Assembly: GCA_030603385.1 (NCBI GenBank)
Contig: JAUVXW010000014.1
Coordinates: forward strand, 1 to 64,000
Direction of reading: 5' to 3'
Origin: Promethearchaeota archaeon
GTDB lineage: Archaea; Asgardarchaeota; Lokiarchaeia; Sigyniarchaeales; SOKP01
Length of the DNA stretch: 64,000 nucleotides
This document shows, in pieces, positions 48,046 through 58,329 of this stretch (within the stretch, counting starts at the first letter, position 1; each line of letters begins with the position of its first letter). The position numbers were made by a program, and so were the translations under genes. A model generated the notes under the pieces. That model ran no database searches. It was not told the origin of the DNA and worked only from the letters and a program-made list of their open reading frames with translations.

Positions 48046-49299
48046 ATGTCTAAAAAATTAACTTTAAAAAATACATTTAAACTTTATGAAGATGCGCTTA
48101 AATTAATACCGGGGGCAATTTTAGGAATAAGACGCCCAAGTAATTTTATTGAAGGTGAATATCCGATATTTTTTGAGAAGGCAAAAGGTGGAAAGGTTAT
48201 TGATGTTGACGGAAATGAATATATTGATATGTTGTGTGCTTATGGACCAATAATAATTGGACACAGAGAAGAGGAAATTGATAATGAAGTTATAAAACAA
48301 ATCAAAGATAAGGGTTTTTGTATGTCATTGACCCAACCAGTACAAAATAAGTTAGCTCAAAAATTAAAATCATTAATACCCTGTTGTGAAAAGATGGTTT
48401 TTGTTAAAACAGGTTCAGATGCTACAACAACAGGAATTCGAGTTGCTCGAGCATTTACAAAACGTTTTAAAATACTTAGATGCGGATATCATGGATGGCA
48501 TGATTGGGCTATAGGTCATGAACTTTCTGGAGGGATACCTAAGAAACTATTTGAAGATGTGCATGAATTTGAATTTAATAATTTTAATCAAGTAGAAGAG
48601 TTGATGAAAAAATATGGTGATGATGTAGCAGCTATTATTACTACACCTGTTAATCATCCAGGAGGTCATAAAGTAGAGATGCCAAACCCAGGATTTTTAG
48701 AAGGTCTTCGAAAAATTACTAATGAGTATGGTTCTTTATTGATGTTTGATGAAATTCGCACTGGGTTTCGGTTTGATCTAGGAGGAGCACAAAAATTATT
48801 TGGTGTAATACCTGATCTTGCTGCTTTTGGAAAATCAATGGCAAATGGTTATCCTATAAGCTTCCTTGGAGGAAAACAAAAGATTATGGATGTATTGGTC
48901 GAAGAAGTTTTTCTTAGTTCAACTTTTTTCCCTAATAGCTTAGCACAAATTGCGTCACTTAAGACAATAGAGATCTTAGAAAGGGAAAAAGTCTTGGAAA
49001 ATATTAATAAAAAGGGAAATGAATTCGCTAAAAAAGTAATTGACTTGATCGAAGAAAGTGGTGTTCCATGTGTTTTCTCTGGGGGACCTTGGATGCCTTA
49101 TATTACATTTGAGCATGATCCAAATCTTTTATATAAAAAATTACGTGAGGAATTTTACACACAATTAATTCGTCGTAAAGTTTTTCTTCAACCATTTCAC
49201 CACGGCTATATTTGTTATCGACATACAAATGAAGATTTAGATTTTGCCGCTGATATGATTAGTGAATCTTTAAATGAATGTAAAAAAATGATCAAGTGA
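48046..49299 (+). CDS. kat: 3-aminobutyryl-CoA aminotransferase (class III PLP)
   Basis: GIRRP.NF..GEYPIFF, D.LCAYGPIIIG, KTGSDATT, GYHGWHDW, FDEIR, FGKSMANG, VFLSSTFFPNS, QP.HHGYICYRH resemble Cloacimonas Kat (from memory). First gene of the lysine cluster; GAGGAG before ATG 48046. Confidence 0.8.
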   Translation: MSKKLTLKNTFKLYEDALKLIPGAILGIRRPSNFIEGEYPIFFEKAKGGKVIDVDGNEYIDMLCAYGPIIIGHREEEIDNEVIKQIKDKGFCMSLTQPVQNKLAQKLKSLIPCCEKMVFVKTGSDATTTGIRVARAFTKRFKILRCGYHGWHDWAIGHELSGGIPKKLFEDVHEFEFNNFNQVEELMKKYGDDVAAIITTPVNHPGGHKVEMPNPGFLEGLRKITNEYGSLLMFDEIRTGFRFDLGGAQKLFGVIPDLAAFGKSMANGYPISFLGGKQKIMDVLVEEVFLSSTFFPNSLAQIASLKTIEILEREKVLENINKKGNEFAKKVIDLIEESGVPCVFSGGPWMPYITFEHDPNLLYKKLREEFYTQLIRRKVFLQPFHHGYICYRHTNEDLDFAADMISESLNECKKMIK

Positions 49300-50495
49300 A
49301 AAATTCTATGGTTCGGCCATTGGAAGGGATAAAAGTTTTGGATTTATCAAGGGCTTTAGCTGGTCCTTATTGTACAATGATGCTAGCAGATATGGGTGCA
49401 GAAGTAATAAAAATTGAAATACCTGAAAGAGGCGATGATTCTCGAGCATGGGGTCCTCCATTTATCGAAGGAGAAAGCGCCTATTTTATAAGTGTTAATC
49501 GAAACAAAAAGTCCATGACTTTAAACTTAAAGAAGGAGAAATCCGTAGAGATTATTCATAGATTAATTAAACAAGCTGATGTTTTGATTGAAAACTTTCG
49601 TCCTGGTACAATGGAAAAGTTGAGTTTATCCTATGATGAAGTAAAAGAGATAAACCCAAAGATTATATATTGTAGCATATCTGGGTTTGGTCAAGATGGT
49701 CCGTATCGGTTATTGCCTGGTATGGATCAAGTTCTTCAAGGAATGGGTGGATTGATGAGCATTACAGGTGAACCTGATGGTCCTCCCATCAAGGTTGGAG
49801 TAGCTGTTGCCGATATTGCCGGTGGAATGTTCGCGGCATATGGGATAGTAGTAGCACTTTTTAATAGAGAAACGGGCGGTAAAGGACAGATGATTGATCT
49901 AAGTTTGTTAGACTGTCAAGTAGCTTGGTTAACCTATCGAGCTGGTTCTTTCTTTGCATCAGGAGAAATTCCAAAACCATTAGGCTCTGGTCACCCTGTT
50001 ATTGTTCCTTACCAAGCATTTAAAGCTAAAGATGTATATGTTAATGTTGCTGCTGGTAATGATCAATTATGGCAAAAATTTTGTAAAGCTCTTGGATTGG
50101 AAAATATAATGAATGAACAGCGATTTGCTACAAATGCTATGCGGGTTAAAAATAGGGAAGAAATAATTGAAATTATCGGAGATGTAATTTGCACTAAAAA
50201 AGCTGATGAATGGCTTAAAATCTTGACTGAAGCGGGGGTACCATGTGGTCCTATCTATAATATGGATAAGATTTTTAGTGACCCTCAAGTATTACACAGG
50301 GAAATGGTAAAGGAACTTGAACATCCGACAGCAGGAAAAGTCAAAGTAACTGGAATTCCAATCAAATTATCTAATACACCTGGAGAAATCCTCAAAGCAC
50401 CACCAGTTTTAGGACAACATACAAAAGAAATCCTCTCTGAATTAGGATTTAAAGAAATTGAAATTGAGAAATTGTATGAGGAAAAAGTAATTTAA
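49296..50495 (+). CDS. Family III (CaiB/BaiF) CoA transferase
   Basis: PLEGIKVLDLSRALAGPYC, NRNKKS, ENFRPG, SISGFGQDGPY, P.LGQHT. Confidence 0.93.
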   Translation: MKNSMVRPLEGIKVLDLSRALAGPYCTMMLADMGAEVIKIEIPERGDDSRAWGPPFIEGESAYFISVNRNKKSMTLNLKKEKSVEIIHRLIKQADVLIENFRPGTMEKLSLSYDEVKEINPKIIYCSISGFGQDGPYRLLPGMDQVLQGMGGLMSITGEPDGPPIKVGVAVADIAGGMFAAYGIVVALFNRETGGKGQMIDLSLLDCQVAWLTYRAGSFFASGEIPKPLGSGHPVIVPYQAFKAKDVYVNVAAGNDQLWQKFCKALGLENIMNEQRFATNAMRVKNREEIIEIIGDVICTKKADEWLKILTEAGVPCGPIYNMDKIFSDPQVLHREMVKELEHPTAGKVKVTGIPIKLSNTPGEILKAPPVLGQHTKEILSELGFKEIEIEKLYEEKVI

Positions 50496-50520
50496 TTTAT
50501 CTGAATTTTTTAAAAGCTAA

Positions 50521-51360
50521 TTGGGATGTATTATATTGGATAAGCTAATTATTACTGCTGCTATTTGTGGTGCGGAAGTTACCAAAGAAATTAATAGTAA
50601 TGTACCATATACAGTAGAAGAAATCGGGAGAGAAGCAGAGTCTGCATATTATGCAGGTGCTAGCATAATCCATCTACATGTTAGAGAAGATGATGGGACT
50701 CCCACTCAAGATATAAAAAGGTTCAAGGTGTGCACAGAAGAAATTAAAGAAAGATGCCCAGACGTTATTATTCAACCGTCTACTGGTGGCGCAATTGGAA
50801 TGACGAACAAGGAAAGGTTACAGCCAATTTATTTAGATCCACCTCCTGAAATGGCAACTTTAGATTGTGGAACGATGAATTTTGGAGGGGATGAAATTTT
50901 TGTAAATACTGAAAATGCTATTATCTATTTTGCTGAAGAAATGAATCGTTTAGGGATAAAATATGAATTAGAATGTTTTGATAAAGGAATGATTGATATG
51001 GTGATGCGATTACATGATAAGGGATATATTAAGGCCCCTATGCATTTCAACTTTGTACTAGGTGTTGTTGGAGGAATTGGTGCTACAGCACGTGACTTAG
51101 AGTTTCTCATTGGGAGTATTCCAAAAGATTCAACTTATACTGTTTGCGCAATTGGTAAGCATGAATTTCCAATGGTCTCATTATCAATTAAAAAAGGAGG
51201 GCACGCTAGGGTAGGCTTTGAGGATAATGTATATCTCTCGAAGGGCGTATTAGCAAAATCGAATGGAGAATTAGTGGAAAAAGTGGTTAGTATTGCAAAT
51301 GAATTTAGAAGAGATATTGCATCTCCGAATGAAGCACGAAAAATCCTAGGTATATTATAG
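50521..51360 (+). CDS. kce: 3-keto-5-aminohexanoate cleavage enzyme
   Basis: KLIITAAICGAE, AGASIIHLHVR, QPSTGG, PEMATLDCGTMNFG, HARVGFEDN; likely start TTG 50536. Confidence 0.92.
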   Translation: MGCIILDKLIITAAICGAEVTKEINSNVPYTVEEIGREAESAYYAGASIIHLHVREDDGTPTQDIKRFKVCTEEIKERCPDVIIQPSTGGAIGMTNKERLQPIYLDPPPEMATLDCGTMNFGGDEIFVNTENAIIYFAEEMNRLGIKYELECFDKGMIDMVMRLHDKGYIKAPMHFNFVLGVVGGIGATARDLEFLIGSIPKDSTYTVCAIGKHEFPMVSLSIKKGGHARVGFEDNVYLSKGVLAKSNGELVEKVVSIANEFRRDIASPNEARKILGIL

Positions 51361-51390
51361 TCAAATTAAATAGAAAAATAAAAGGTAATT

Positions 51391-52098
51391 ATGTATAAGG
51401 AATTAGCAAAATATTATGATTTAATTTATTCTTGGAAGGATTATAAAAAGGAATCTAAGAAAATCAATAAATTAATTAAAAAATATAAGAAATCCGATGG
51501 GAATAAGTTACTTGATGTAGGATGTGGAACAGGAAAGCATCTAGAATATATTAAAGAAAACTTCTCCTGTACAGGTATTGATTTGAATGAAGAAATGATA
51601 GGTGTTGCAAAAAATAATATTAGTGATGTAGATTTCAAACCAGCAGATATGATAAATTTTGATTTAAATGATAAATTTGATGTAATAACCTGTCTGTTTA
51701 GTTCAATTGGATATTTAAAAACCTATGATAATTTAGAAAAAACCATTTTAAACTTTGCGAAACATTTAAAAACTGGTGGGGTTGTAATCATTGAACCATG
51801 GTTTACTAAATCTACGTATATGGTGGGACATCTTGGAATGACTACTTATGATGGAGAAGACATTAAGATTGCTAGATTAAATACAACAGCATTAGATAAC
51901 GATCTATCAGTTATGGAAATGCATTATTTAATTGTTGAAAGAGATAAAGATGTAAAATATTTTGTTGATAAGCATGAAGTAGGGCTTTTTGAGATAGACA
52001 AGTTCTTAGAAATAATGATTAATGCGAGTTTTAAAGCAGAGTTTTTAAAAGATGGGTTAATGAAAGAAAGAGGTCTGTATATAGGTATAAAATCATAA
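51391..52098 (+). CDS. Class I SAM-dependent methyltransferase (amine N-methyltransferase-like)
   Basis: YD.IY..KDY, LLDVGCGTGKH, FDVITCLFSSIGY, HL..GG...IEPW. Confidence 0.85.
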   Translation: MYKELAKYYDLIYSWKDYKKESKKINKLIKKYKKSDGNKLLDVGCGTGKHLEYIKENFSCTGIDLNEEMIGVAKNNISDVDFKPADMINFDLNDKFDVITCLFSSIGYLKTYDNLEKTILNFAKHLKTGGVVIIEPWFTKSTYMVGHLGMTTYDGEDIKIARLNTTALDNDLSVMEMHYLIVERDKDVKYFVDKHEVGLFEIDKFLEIMINASFKAEFLKDGLMKERGLYIGIKS

Positions 52099-52134
52099 AA
52101 AATATAATATATAACATGATGAAAAGAGATTATT

Positions 52135-53178
52135 ATGAAAAAAGGAAATAAATATGGAACTCATAGAGTTATTCTTCCTAAAGGAGCACTTCCACAACCT
52201 GCATTAAAAATATCAAACGATATGGAGATTTTTGATAATGAAATTTTAATCGATGTAGACTACCTCAATATTGATTCTGCTAGTTTTACGCAACTCAAAG
52301 AAGAAGCGAAAGGAGATATCGAAAAGGTTAAAACGAAAATAATGGAAATTGTAAATGAAAGGGGTAAAATGCAAAATCCGGTGACTGGTTCTGGTGGAAT
52401 GCTTATTGGAAAAGTGGAGAAAATTGGAGATTCATTGAAGGGTAAGGTCAAAATAAAAGAAGGAGATAAGATTGCCACATTAGTTTCACTTTCCTTGACA
52501 CCACTACGAATTGACAAAATTCTGGATGTTAACCCAAATATCGATAGAGTAGAAATTGATGGAAAAGCAATTCTTTTTGAAAGTGGTATCTATGCAAAAC
52601 TTCCTGAAGATATGGAGGATACATTAGCATTGGCAGTTTTGGATGTAGCAGGAGCACCAGCTCAAGTCAAAAATTTAGTGAAATCAGGTAATACAGTTCT
52701 AATCTTAGGAGCAACAGGTAAGTCTGGATTAATGTGTTCTTATGTTGCTAAGAAGCTAGTTGGCAATAATGGGAAGGTTATCGGTCAAGCGAGAAATGAA
52801 AAAAGGGCAGTATTTTTGCGCGATACTGATTTTTGTCATGAAGTAATAATTGCTGATGTTTATGAGCCCACAGATGTACTAAAAAAGACTTTAGAAGTAA
52901 ATAATGGAAATGAGGTCGACATTTCAATAAATTGTCTAAGTATTCCTAATACCGAATTATCTTGCATTCTTCCTGTTAGAGATGGGGGGATTGTATATTT
53001 CTTTTCCATGGCTACTAGCTTCACTAAAGCTGCACTTGGAGCAGAGGGTGTAGGAAAAGATGTATCGATGATTATAGGTAATGGTTACACAAAAAATCAT
53101 GACCAAATAGCATTAGATATACTAAGGGAATCAAATGTCTTAAGGAAAATATTTGAAGATAAATACGTAAAAAAGTGA
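52135..53178 (+). CDS. kdd: L-erythro-3,5-diaminohexanoate dehydrogenase
   Basis: G.KYGTHRV..P.G.LPQPA, LNIDSASF, RGKMQNPVTGSGGM, LDVAGAPAQ, FFSMATSFTKAALGAEG. Confidence 0.93.
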   Translation: MKKGNKYGTHRVILPKGALPQPALKISNDMEIFDNEILIDVDYLNIDSASFTQLKEEAKGDIEKVKTKIMEIVNERGKMQNPVTGSGGMLIGKVEKIGDSLKGKVKIKEGDKIATLVSLSLTPLRIDKILDVNPNIDRVEIDGKAILFESGIYAKLPEDMEDTLALAVLDVAGAPAQVKNLVKSGNTVLILGATGKSGLMCSYVAKKLVGNNGKVIGQARNEKRAVFLRDTDFCHEVIIADVYEPTDVLKKTLEVNNGNEVDISINCLSIPNTELSCILPVRDGGIVYFFSMATSFTKAALGAEGVGKDVSMIIGNGYTKNHDQIALDILRESNVLRKIFEDKYVKK

Positions 53179-53265
53179 TGGTGTAAATCATCAAATTAAA
53201 CAAAATTTTTAGTTTAGGAAATCTTTATTTTAATTAGATTCGAATTAGAGTTTAAATTTATTATT

Positions 53266-54504
53266 ATGAAAGTTAGTAGACGAAAGGAAATATTTTCTCA
53301 TGTAAATGATGAGGATTGGAATGATTGGAAATGGCAAGTTAAAAATAGAATAACGACGTTAGAAGAACTTAAAAAGTGTATCAAATTGACCAAAGAGGAA
53401 GACGATCCTAGAATCTTACAAGAATATAGGATGGCAATTACCCCCTATTATCTATCCTTAATCGATCCCGATGATCCTTATGATCCTGTTAGAAAACAAG
53501 CAATTCCAACAAATCTTGAATTAGTAAGATATACTGGAGACCTTGAAGATCCACTTAGTGAGGATGTTGATTCTCCTGTTGAGGGGTTAACTCATCGTTA
53601 TCCTGATAGAGTACTCTTGTTAGTTAGTGAAACTTGCTCCATGTATTGCAGACATTGTACACGAAGACGATTTGCTGGCCATCACGATATGGCTCCTCCA
53701 CAGTCACAAATAGATGCTTGTATAGAATATATAAAAGACACTCCCACCATAAGAGATGTTCTTTTGTCTGGAGGAGATGCTTTATTAGTATCTGATAAAA
53801 AATTGGAGGATATTTTAAAAAAATTGAAAGAAATACCTCATGTAGAAATAATACGAATTGGTTCTAGAGCACCAGTAACAAATCCATTCCGAATCACTCC
53901 AGAATTATGTGAAATGCTTAAAAAATATCAACCTATATGGTTTAATACACACTTTAATCACTCAAATGAAATCACGGAAGATTCTACGAAAGCATGTGAG
54001 ATGTTAGCCGATGCTGGAATTCCACTTGGCAACCAATCAGTATTATTAAGGGGTGTCAATGACTGTATACATATCATGAAAAAGTTAGTTCAGGATTTAG
54101 TAAAGATTAGAGTAAGACCTTATTACCTTTATCAATGTGATCTTTCTTTAGGACTTGGGCATTTTAGAACCAGTGTAGCTCAAGGTATTGAAATCATTGA
54201 AGGACTGAGAGGTCATACTTCGGGATTATGTGTTCCAACTTTCGTTGTTGATGCTCCTGGTGGAGGTGGAAAAATTCCTGTGATGCCGGATTATACTATC
54301 TCGCAAGGAAATACTCGTGTTGTATTGAGAAACTTTGAAGGTGTCATAACAACCTATGAGGAACCAGCAGATTACATACCTAATTGTCATTGTGAAGACT
54401 GTGAAAAACAAATCGGAGTTAGTGCTTTATTGAGTGGTCAAAAAATGACGATTGAACCAGAAGATCTTGTAAGAAAGATAAGAAGGGAAAAACTTAGTAA
54501 ATAA
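53266..54504 (+). CDS. kamA: Lysine 2,3-aminomutase (radical SAM)
   Basis: [46 protein letters not shown]. Confidence 0.95.
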   Translation: MKVSRRKEIFSHVNDEDWNDWKWQVKNRITTLEELKKCIKLTKEEDDPRILQEYRMAITPYYLSLIDPDDPYDPVRKQAIPTNLELVRYTGDLEDPLSEDVDSPVEGLTHRYPDRVLLLVSETCSMYCRHCTRRRFAGHHDMAPPQSQIDACIEYIKDTPTIRDVLLSGGDALLVSDKKLEDILKKLKEIPHVEIIRIGSRAPVTNPFRITPELCEMLKKYQPIWFNTHFNHSNEITEDSTKACEMLADAGIPLGNQSVLLRGVNDCIHIMKKLVQDLVKIRVRPYYLYQCDLSLGLGHFRTSVAQGIEIIEGLRGHTSGLCVPTFVVDAPGGGGKIPVMPDYTISQGNTRVVLRNFEGVITTYEEPADYIPNCHCEDCEKQIGVSALLSGQKMTIEPEDLVRKIRREKLSK

Positions 54505-54535
54505 TGGATAAAAATATAAATATTTCCCAGTTTTC

Positions 54536-54955
54536 TTAAATAATTCTTTTTTGGTTTTCGAGCAGGCTAATTTTTTCTTGAATGCTGATAAATTGATTGG
54601 ATTTATATCTTCCAACCATTTCTTTCCAGATTGACCTATATTTATAAAAATATTCTGAGATTTCAAGTGGATCTCCAAATAATACATAATATGATTCAAT
54701 TATTTCAATTTTTAAAAAAAGAGGTAAGAGTTCAAAAATTTTTATATCATAACTGGGGGTGATTTTTTCTAATAAAGACAACCACAATTTTGAATTACTC
54801 TCTTTATCTTTAACTTTTGTGATTATAGCAACATCCACGTCAGATCGATTTAAGATAAAATTACCCTTAACAAAACTTCCATAAAGAACAGTCCAATAAT
54901 TATTACAAAAATCTAAATTTTTCTTAATTTTAAGCATTGAATTTGATTTTTTCAC
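54536..54955 (-). CDS. Minimal nucleotidyltransferase (MntA-like) antitoxin
   Basis: LYGSFVKG....RSDVDVAII, YDIKIFELLP. Confidence 0.88.
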   Translation of the reverse strand: MKKSNSMLKIKKNLDFCNNYWTVLYGSFVKGNFILNRSDVDVAIITKVKDKESNSKLWLSLLEKITPSYDIKIFELLPLFLKIEIIESYYVLFGDPLEISEYFYKYRSIWKEMVGRYKSNQFISIQEKISLLENQKRII

Positions 54956-55343
54956 TAATAATCACTTCCACTTCTTTTGCAAAAGTTATTAGCGTCTCTA
55001 CAACTCTATTCTTATTTTGAAATACAATTTCTTCTTCTATCTTGTTATATTTATATACAAGAACATTTCTTAAACCATTCCATTTACGTAGTTCATTAAT
55101 AAGTCCCGGTGTAAATATGGATAATTTTTCTATTTCGTCTAAATTTGAATAGTCATCTTTAACAGTTATACCTAAGTCTTTACATAGCATCGCAACAACA
55201 TCCATAGACGCATCAATAGAAATTTGAAGACGATAAAACAAGGCATCGAGAAAAAACTTATTATCATCTAACTTTTCTGGTAAAACAGTAATCTTATCAA
55301 TGATAAACTCTAATTTTCTTTTATACTGTTCTATGCGATTCAT
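54930..55343 (-). CDS. HepT/DUF86 HEPN ribonuclease with the catalytic His replaced
   Basis: Y.LQ.SI....D, DDYSN, NGLRNVLVYKYN (canonical RNxxxHxY has Tyr in place of His). Confidence 0.85.
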   Translation of the reverse strand: MNRIEQYKRKLEFIIDKITVLPEKLDDNKFFLDALFYRLQISIDASMDVVAMLCKDLGITVKDDYSNLDEIEKLSIFTPGLINELRKWNGLRNVLVYKYNKIEEEIVFQNKNRVVETLITFAKEVEVIISEKIKFNA

Positions 55344-55669
55344 TATATTAATTTTTGCGTTTTTCTCTATTAATATTTACTGTTTTTATGTGATATATAT
55401 CAAATTAATTTCAATTAGGAAATATTAGTTTTAATTAATTAAATACATATATTGAACTAGAAGAGTCATTTATCTGGATGCTAATATGAAGAATATTACT
55501 TACTAGAAAAATATACTTCTTTTACTTAAGTAGGCAAGTTAGACTACAATTATTAATTGATATATCTAACTAATTTTTTTAAAAATATATCTCTAATTGT
55601 ATCTCAACATCACAATGTTCTTAATTTTTATCAATTTTTAATAGATTGATTGATTATTCATAATATAAA

Positions 55670-56704
55670 ATGACTTTCATAGAAGAATTTATCAAGAAGA
55701 CCAGAGAATATATAGTTATTTCCATTATAGGTTTAGCTAAAAACGTCAGTAAGACTACTACATTAAATTTTCTTATTTCAAATCTTACAGAAAAATATAA
55801 GCTTGGTTTAACCTCTATCGGTAGAGATGGAGAAAAATATGATGTTATTACTGAACTACCAAAACCTCGAATCTATGTTAAGGCAGGGACTTATGTTGTA
55901 ACAGCAAAACATTGTTTTGAAGTTAGTAAAATAAAATTTGAGATAATTAAAAATACAGGATTTAATACACCTTTAGGAGAGATTATGATTTTAAAGGCTG
56001 TAAGTGAAGGGTTCATTGAACTAGCTGGCCCCTCAATAAATAAACATTTGTTTAAAATCTGCTCAGATTTAAAAAGCTTAGGATGTGATCTTATTTTAGT
56101 GGATGGAGCATTTGATAGAAGATCATATGCTACACCTTTAATTTCAGATGCTACTATACTATCAACTGGTGCTTCTGTATCAAGAAATATGAATGAAGTC
56201 ATTGATTTAACAATTCATACAATTAAGTTATTAAATTTAGAGCAGGAGAAAAATTTAAAAATCAAAGAGCTTTCTAAAAATGTTTTAAAAAAGTCAAAAG
56301 TGAGCATTATTGATAAAGCCTATTCAGTAAATTCTTTAAATGTAGTAACTGCGTTAGATGCCGCGGAGGAAATCATTCAAAATTTAAAAGACGATTCTCA
56401 ATATGTTCTAATAAATGGTGCTGTGACAGATAAACTATTAGAAGATCTAATGAAATCCACACAAAAATATAAAGGAATTACTTTTATTGTGGAAGATGGT
56501 ACAAAATTATTTTTAAGTCAAAAAACAACAAAAAAATTTCTCAAAAAGGGTGGGATTCTAAAGGTTTTAAACCCTATAAATATAATTGCAATAACGATAA
56601 ATCCAACTTCTCCGTATGGATATAAATTTGATAAAGATAAATTTTTAAAATCATTACAAGAGGAATTAAAAATTCCTGTTTATAACCTTGGAGTAAATGA
56701 TTAA
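55670..56704 (+). CDS. KamB-like accessory protein of lysine 5,6-aminomutase (P-loop-like)
   Basis: SIIGLAKNVSKTTTLN, LTSIGRDGE..D, KPRI, TPLG, ELAGP, DGAFDR; lies directly upstream of kamD. Confidence 0.7.
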   Translation: MTFIEEFIKKTREYIVISIIGLAKNVSKTTTLNFLISNLTEKYKLGLTSIGRDGEKYDVITELPKPRIYVKAGTYVVTAKHCFEVSKIKFEIIKNTGFNTPLGEIMILKAVSEGFIELAGPSINKHLFKICSDLKSLGCDLILVDGAFDRRSYATPLISDATILSTGASVSRNMNEVIDLTIHTIKLLNLEQEKNLKIKELSKNVLKKSKVSIIDKAYSVNSLNVVTALDAAEEIIQNLKDDSQYVLINGAVTDKLLEDLMKSTQKYKGITFIVEDGTKLFLSQKTTKKFLKKGGILKVLNPINIIAITINPTSPYGYKFDKDKFLKSLQEELKIPVYNLGVND

Positions 56705-56738
56705 TTTTTTAGGATTTTTATTAAAAAAAGTGAGATAA

Positions 56739-58328
56739 GTGAAAGAAAAAGAAATAAACCGAAGAAGTAAGTTAAATTTAGATTTTTCAATTGTAGAAAA
56801 AGCAAGAGAAGCAGCAAAGGTCATTGCGTTAGATACTCAGAAATTCATAGTTCAGCATACAACTACCACAATTGAAAGGACAGTCTGCAGATTATTTGGT
56901 ATTGATGGTGTAGATGAATTTGATATACCATTACCAAATATCGTAGTTGATAATATAGAAAAGGGAAATGGTTTAGGGATCGGTGCTGCAATCCATATAG
57001 GAAATGCAATATTGCATACTAATCTTTCACCTCAAGAAATTGCAGAAAAAGTTGTAAAAGATGAATTAGATTTAACTAAACTTTCTCTAAAAGACATTTC
57101 AGAAATAAAAGCAACAGTAAACATAATTGCTCAAGAAAAATTGGCACTTATTACTCAAAAAAAGAAAACAAGAGATAAATTACTCAAAAAGTATGGTGAT
57201 AAGGAAGGACCTCTTATTTATGTTATTGTAGCAACGGGTAATATTTTTGAAGATATTATTCAGGCTCAAGCAGCAGCTAGACAAGGAGCTGATGTAATCG
57301 CAGTTATAAGGTCTACAGTTCAGAGTTTACTAGATTATGTACCTTATGGCGCTACAACTGAAGGTTTTGGGGGAACATATGCTACCCAGGAGAACTTTCG
57401 ATTAATGAGAAAGGCATTGGATGAGGTTGGTGAAGAATTAGGACGATATGTTAGGTTAACAAATTATTGTTCTGGTTTATGTATGCCTGAGATTGCAGCA
57501 CTGGGTGCGTTTGAAAGACTTGATATGATGCTTAATGATGCTCTATATGGAATCCTTTTTCGAGACATAAATATGAAAAGAACCATTGTCGATCAATATT
57601 TTTCAAGAATGATAAATGCTTATGCGGGAGTAATTATTAATACAGGTGAAGATAATTATCTAACTACTGCAGATGCATTTGAAGCAGCTCATACTGTTCT
57701 TGCTTCTGAATTTATTAACGAACAATTTGCGCTGCTTGCAGGGTTGAAAGAAGAACAGATGGGCTTAGGTCATGCGTTTGAAATGAATCCTGAATTAGAG
57801 AATGGGTTTTTGTATGAACTTGCTCAAGCCCAAATGGCTCGAGAAATATTTCCAAAAGCTCCTTTGAAATATATGCCTCCTACAAAATTCAAGACAGGTA
57901 ACATCTTCAAAGGCCATATTCAAGATGCATTATTCAATATGATTACAATTATGACCAACCAAAGAATACATCTACTAGGTATGTTAACCGAAGCAATACA
58001 TACCCCCTTTATGGCAGATAGAGCTTTATCTATAGAAAATGCACGTTATATCTTTAAAAATATGAAATCAATAAGTGAGGAAATTGAGTTTAAAAATGGG
58101 GGAATAATGGAAAAAAGAGCCAATGAGGTTCTTATTAAAGCATATAATTTACTAAAAGGAATTGAAAACCAAGGACTATTTAAAACCATTGAAAAAGGGA
58201 TTTTTGCTGGAATTAAACGATCTATGGATGGCGGTAAGGGGTTAAGTGGAGTAATTTTAAAAGAGAAAGAATACATTAACCCATTTATGGATTTAATGAG
58301 TTATGAATTAAAAAAAGGAGGGATTTAA
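56739..58328 (+). CDS. kamD: Beta-lysine/D-lysine 5,6-aminomutase alpha subunit
   Basis: HTT.T.ERT.CRL.GIDG, YVIVATGNI, QSLLDYVPYGATTEGFGGTYATQENF, NDALYGILFRDINM, TEAIHTP. Confidence 0.95.
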   Translation: MKEKEINRRSKLNLDFSIVEKAREAAKVIALDTQKFIVQHTTTTIERTVCRLFGIDGVDEFDIPLPNIVVDNIEKGNGLGIGAAIHIGNAILHTNLSPQEIAEKVVKDELDLTKLSLKDISEIKATVNIIAQEKLALITQKKKTRDKLLKKYGDKEGPLIYVIVATGNIFEDIIQAQAAARQGADVIAVIRSTVQSLLDYVPYGATTEGFGGTYATQENFRLMRKALDEVGEELGRYVRLTNYCSGLCMPEIAALGAFERLDMMLNDALYGILFRDINMKRTIVDQYFSRMINAYAGVIINTGEDNYLTTADAFEAAHTVLASEFINEQFALLAGLKEEQMGLGHAFEMNPELENGFLYELAQAQMAREIFPKAPLKYMPPTKFKTGNIFKGHIQDALFNMITIMTNQRIHLLGMLTEAIHTPFMADRALSIENARYIFKNMKSISEEIEFKNGGIMEKRANEVLIKAYNLLKGIENQGLFKTIEKGIFAGIKRSMDGGKGLSGVILKEKEYINPFMDLMSYELKKGGI

Positions 58329-58329
58329 G

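Noticed and set aside
54505-55390. Direct repeat flanking the HepT-MntA cassette (AATATTT...GTTTT)
   Set aside because: Match is short, gapped and AT-only; chance level.
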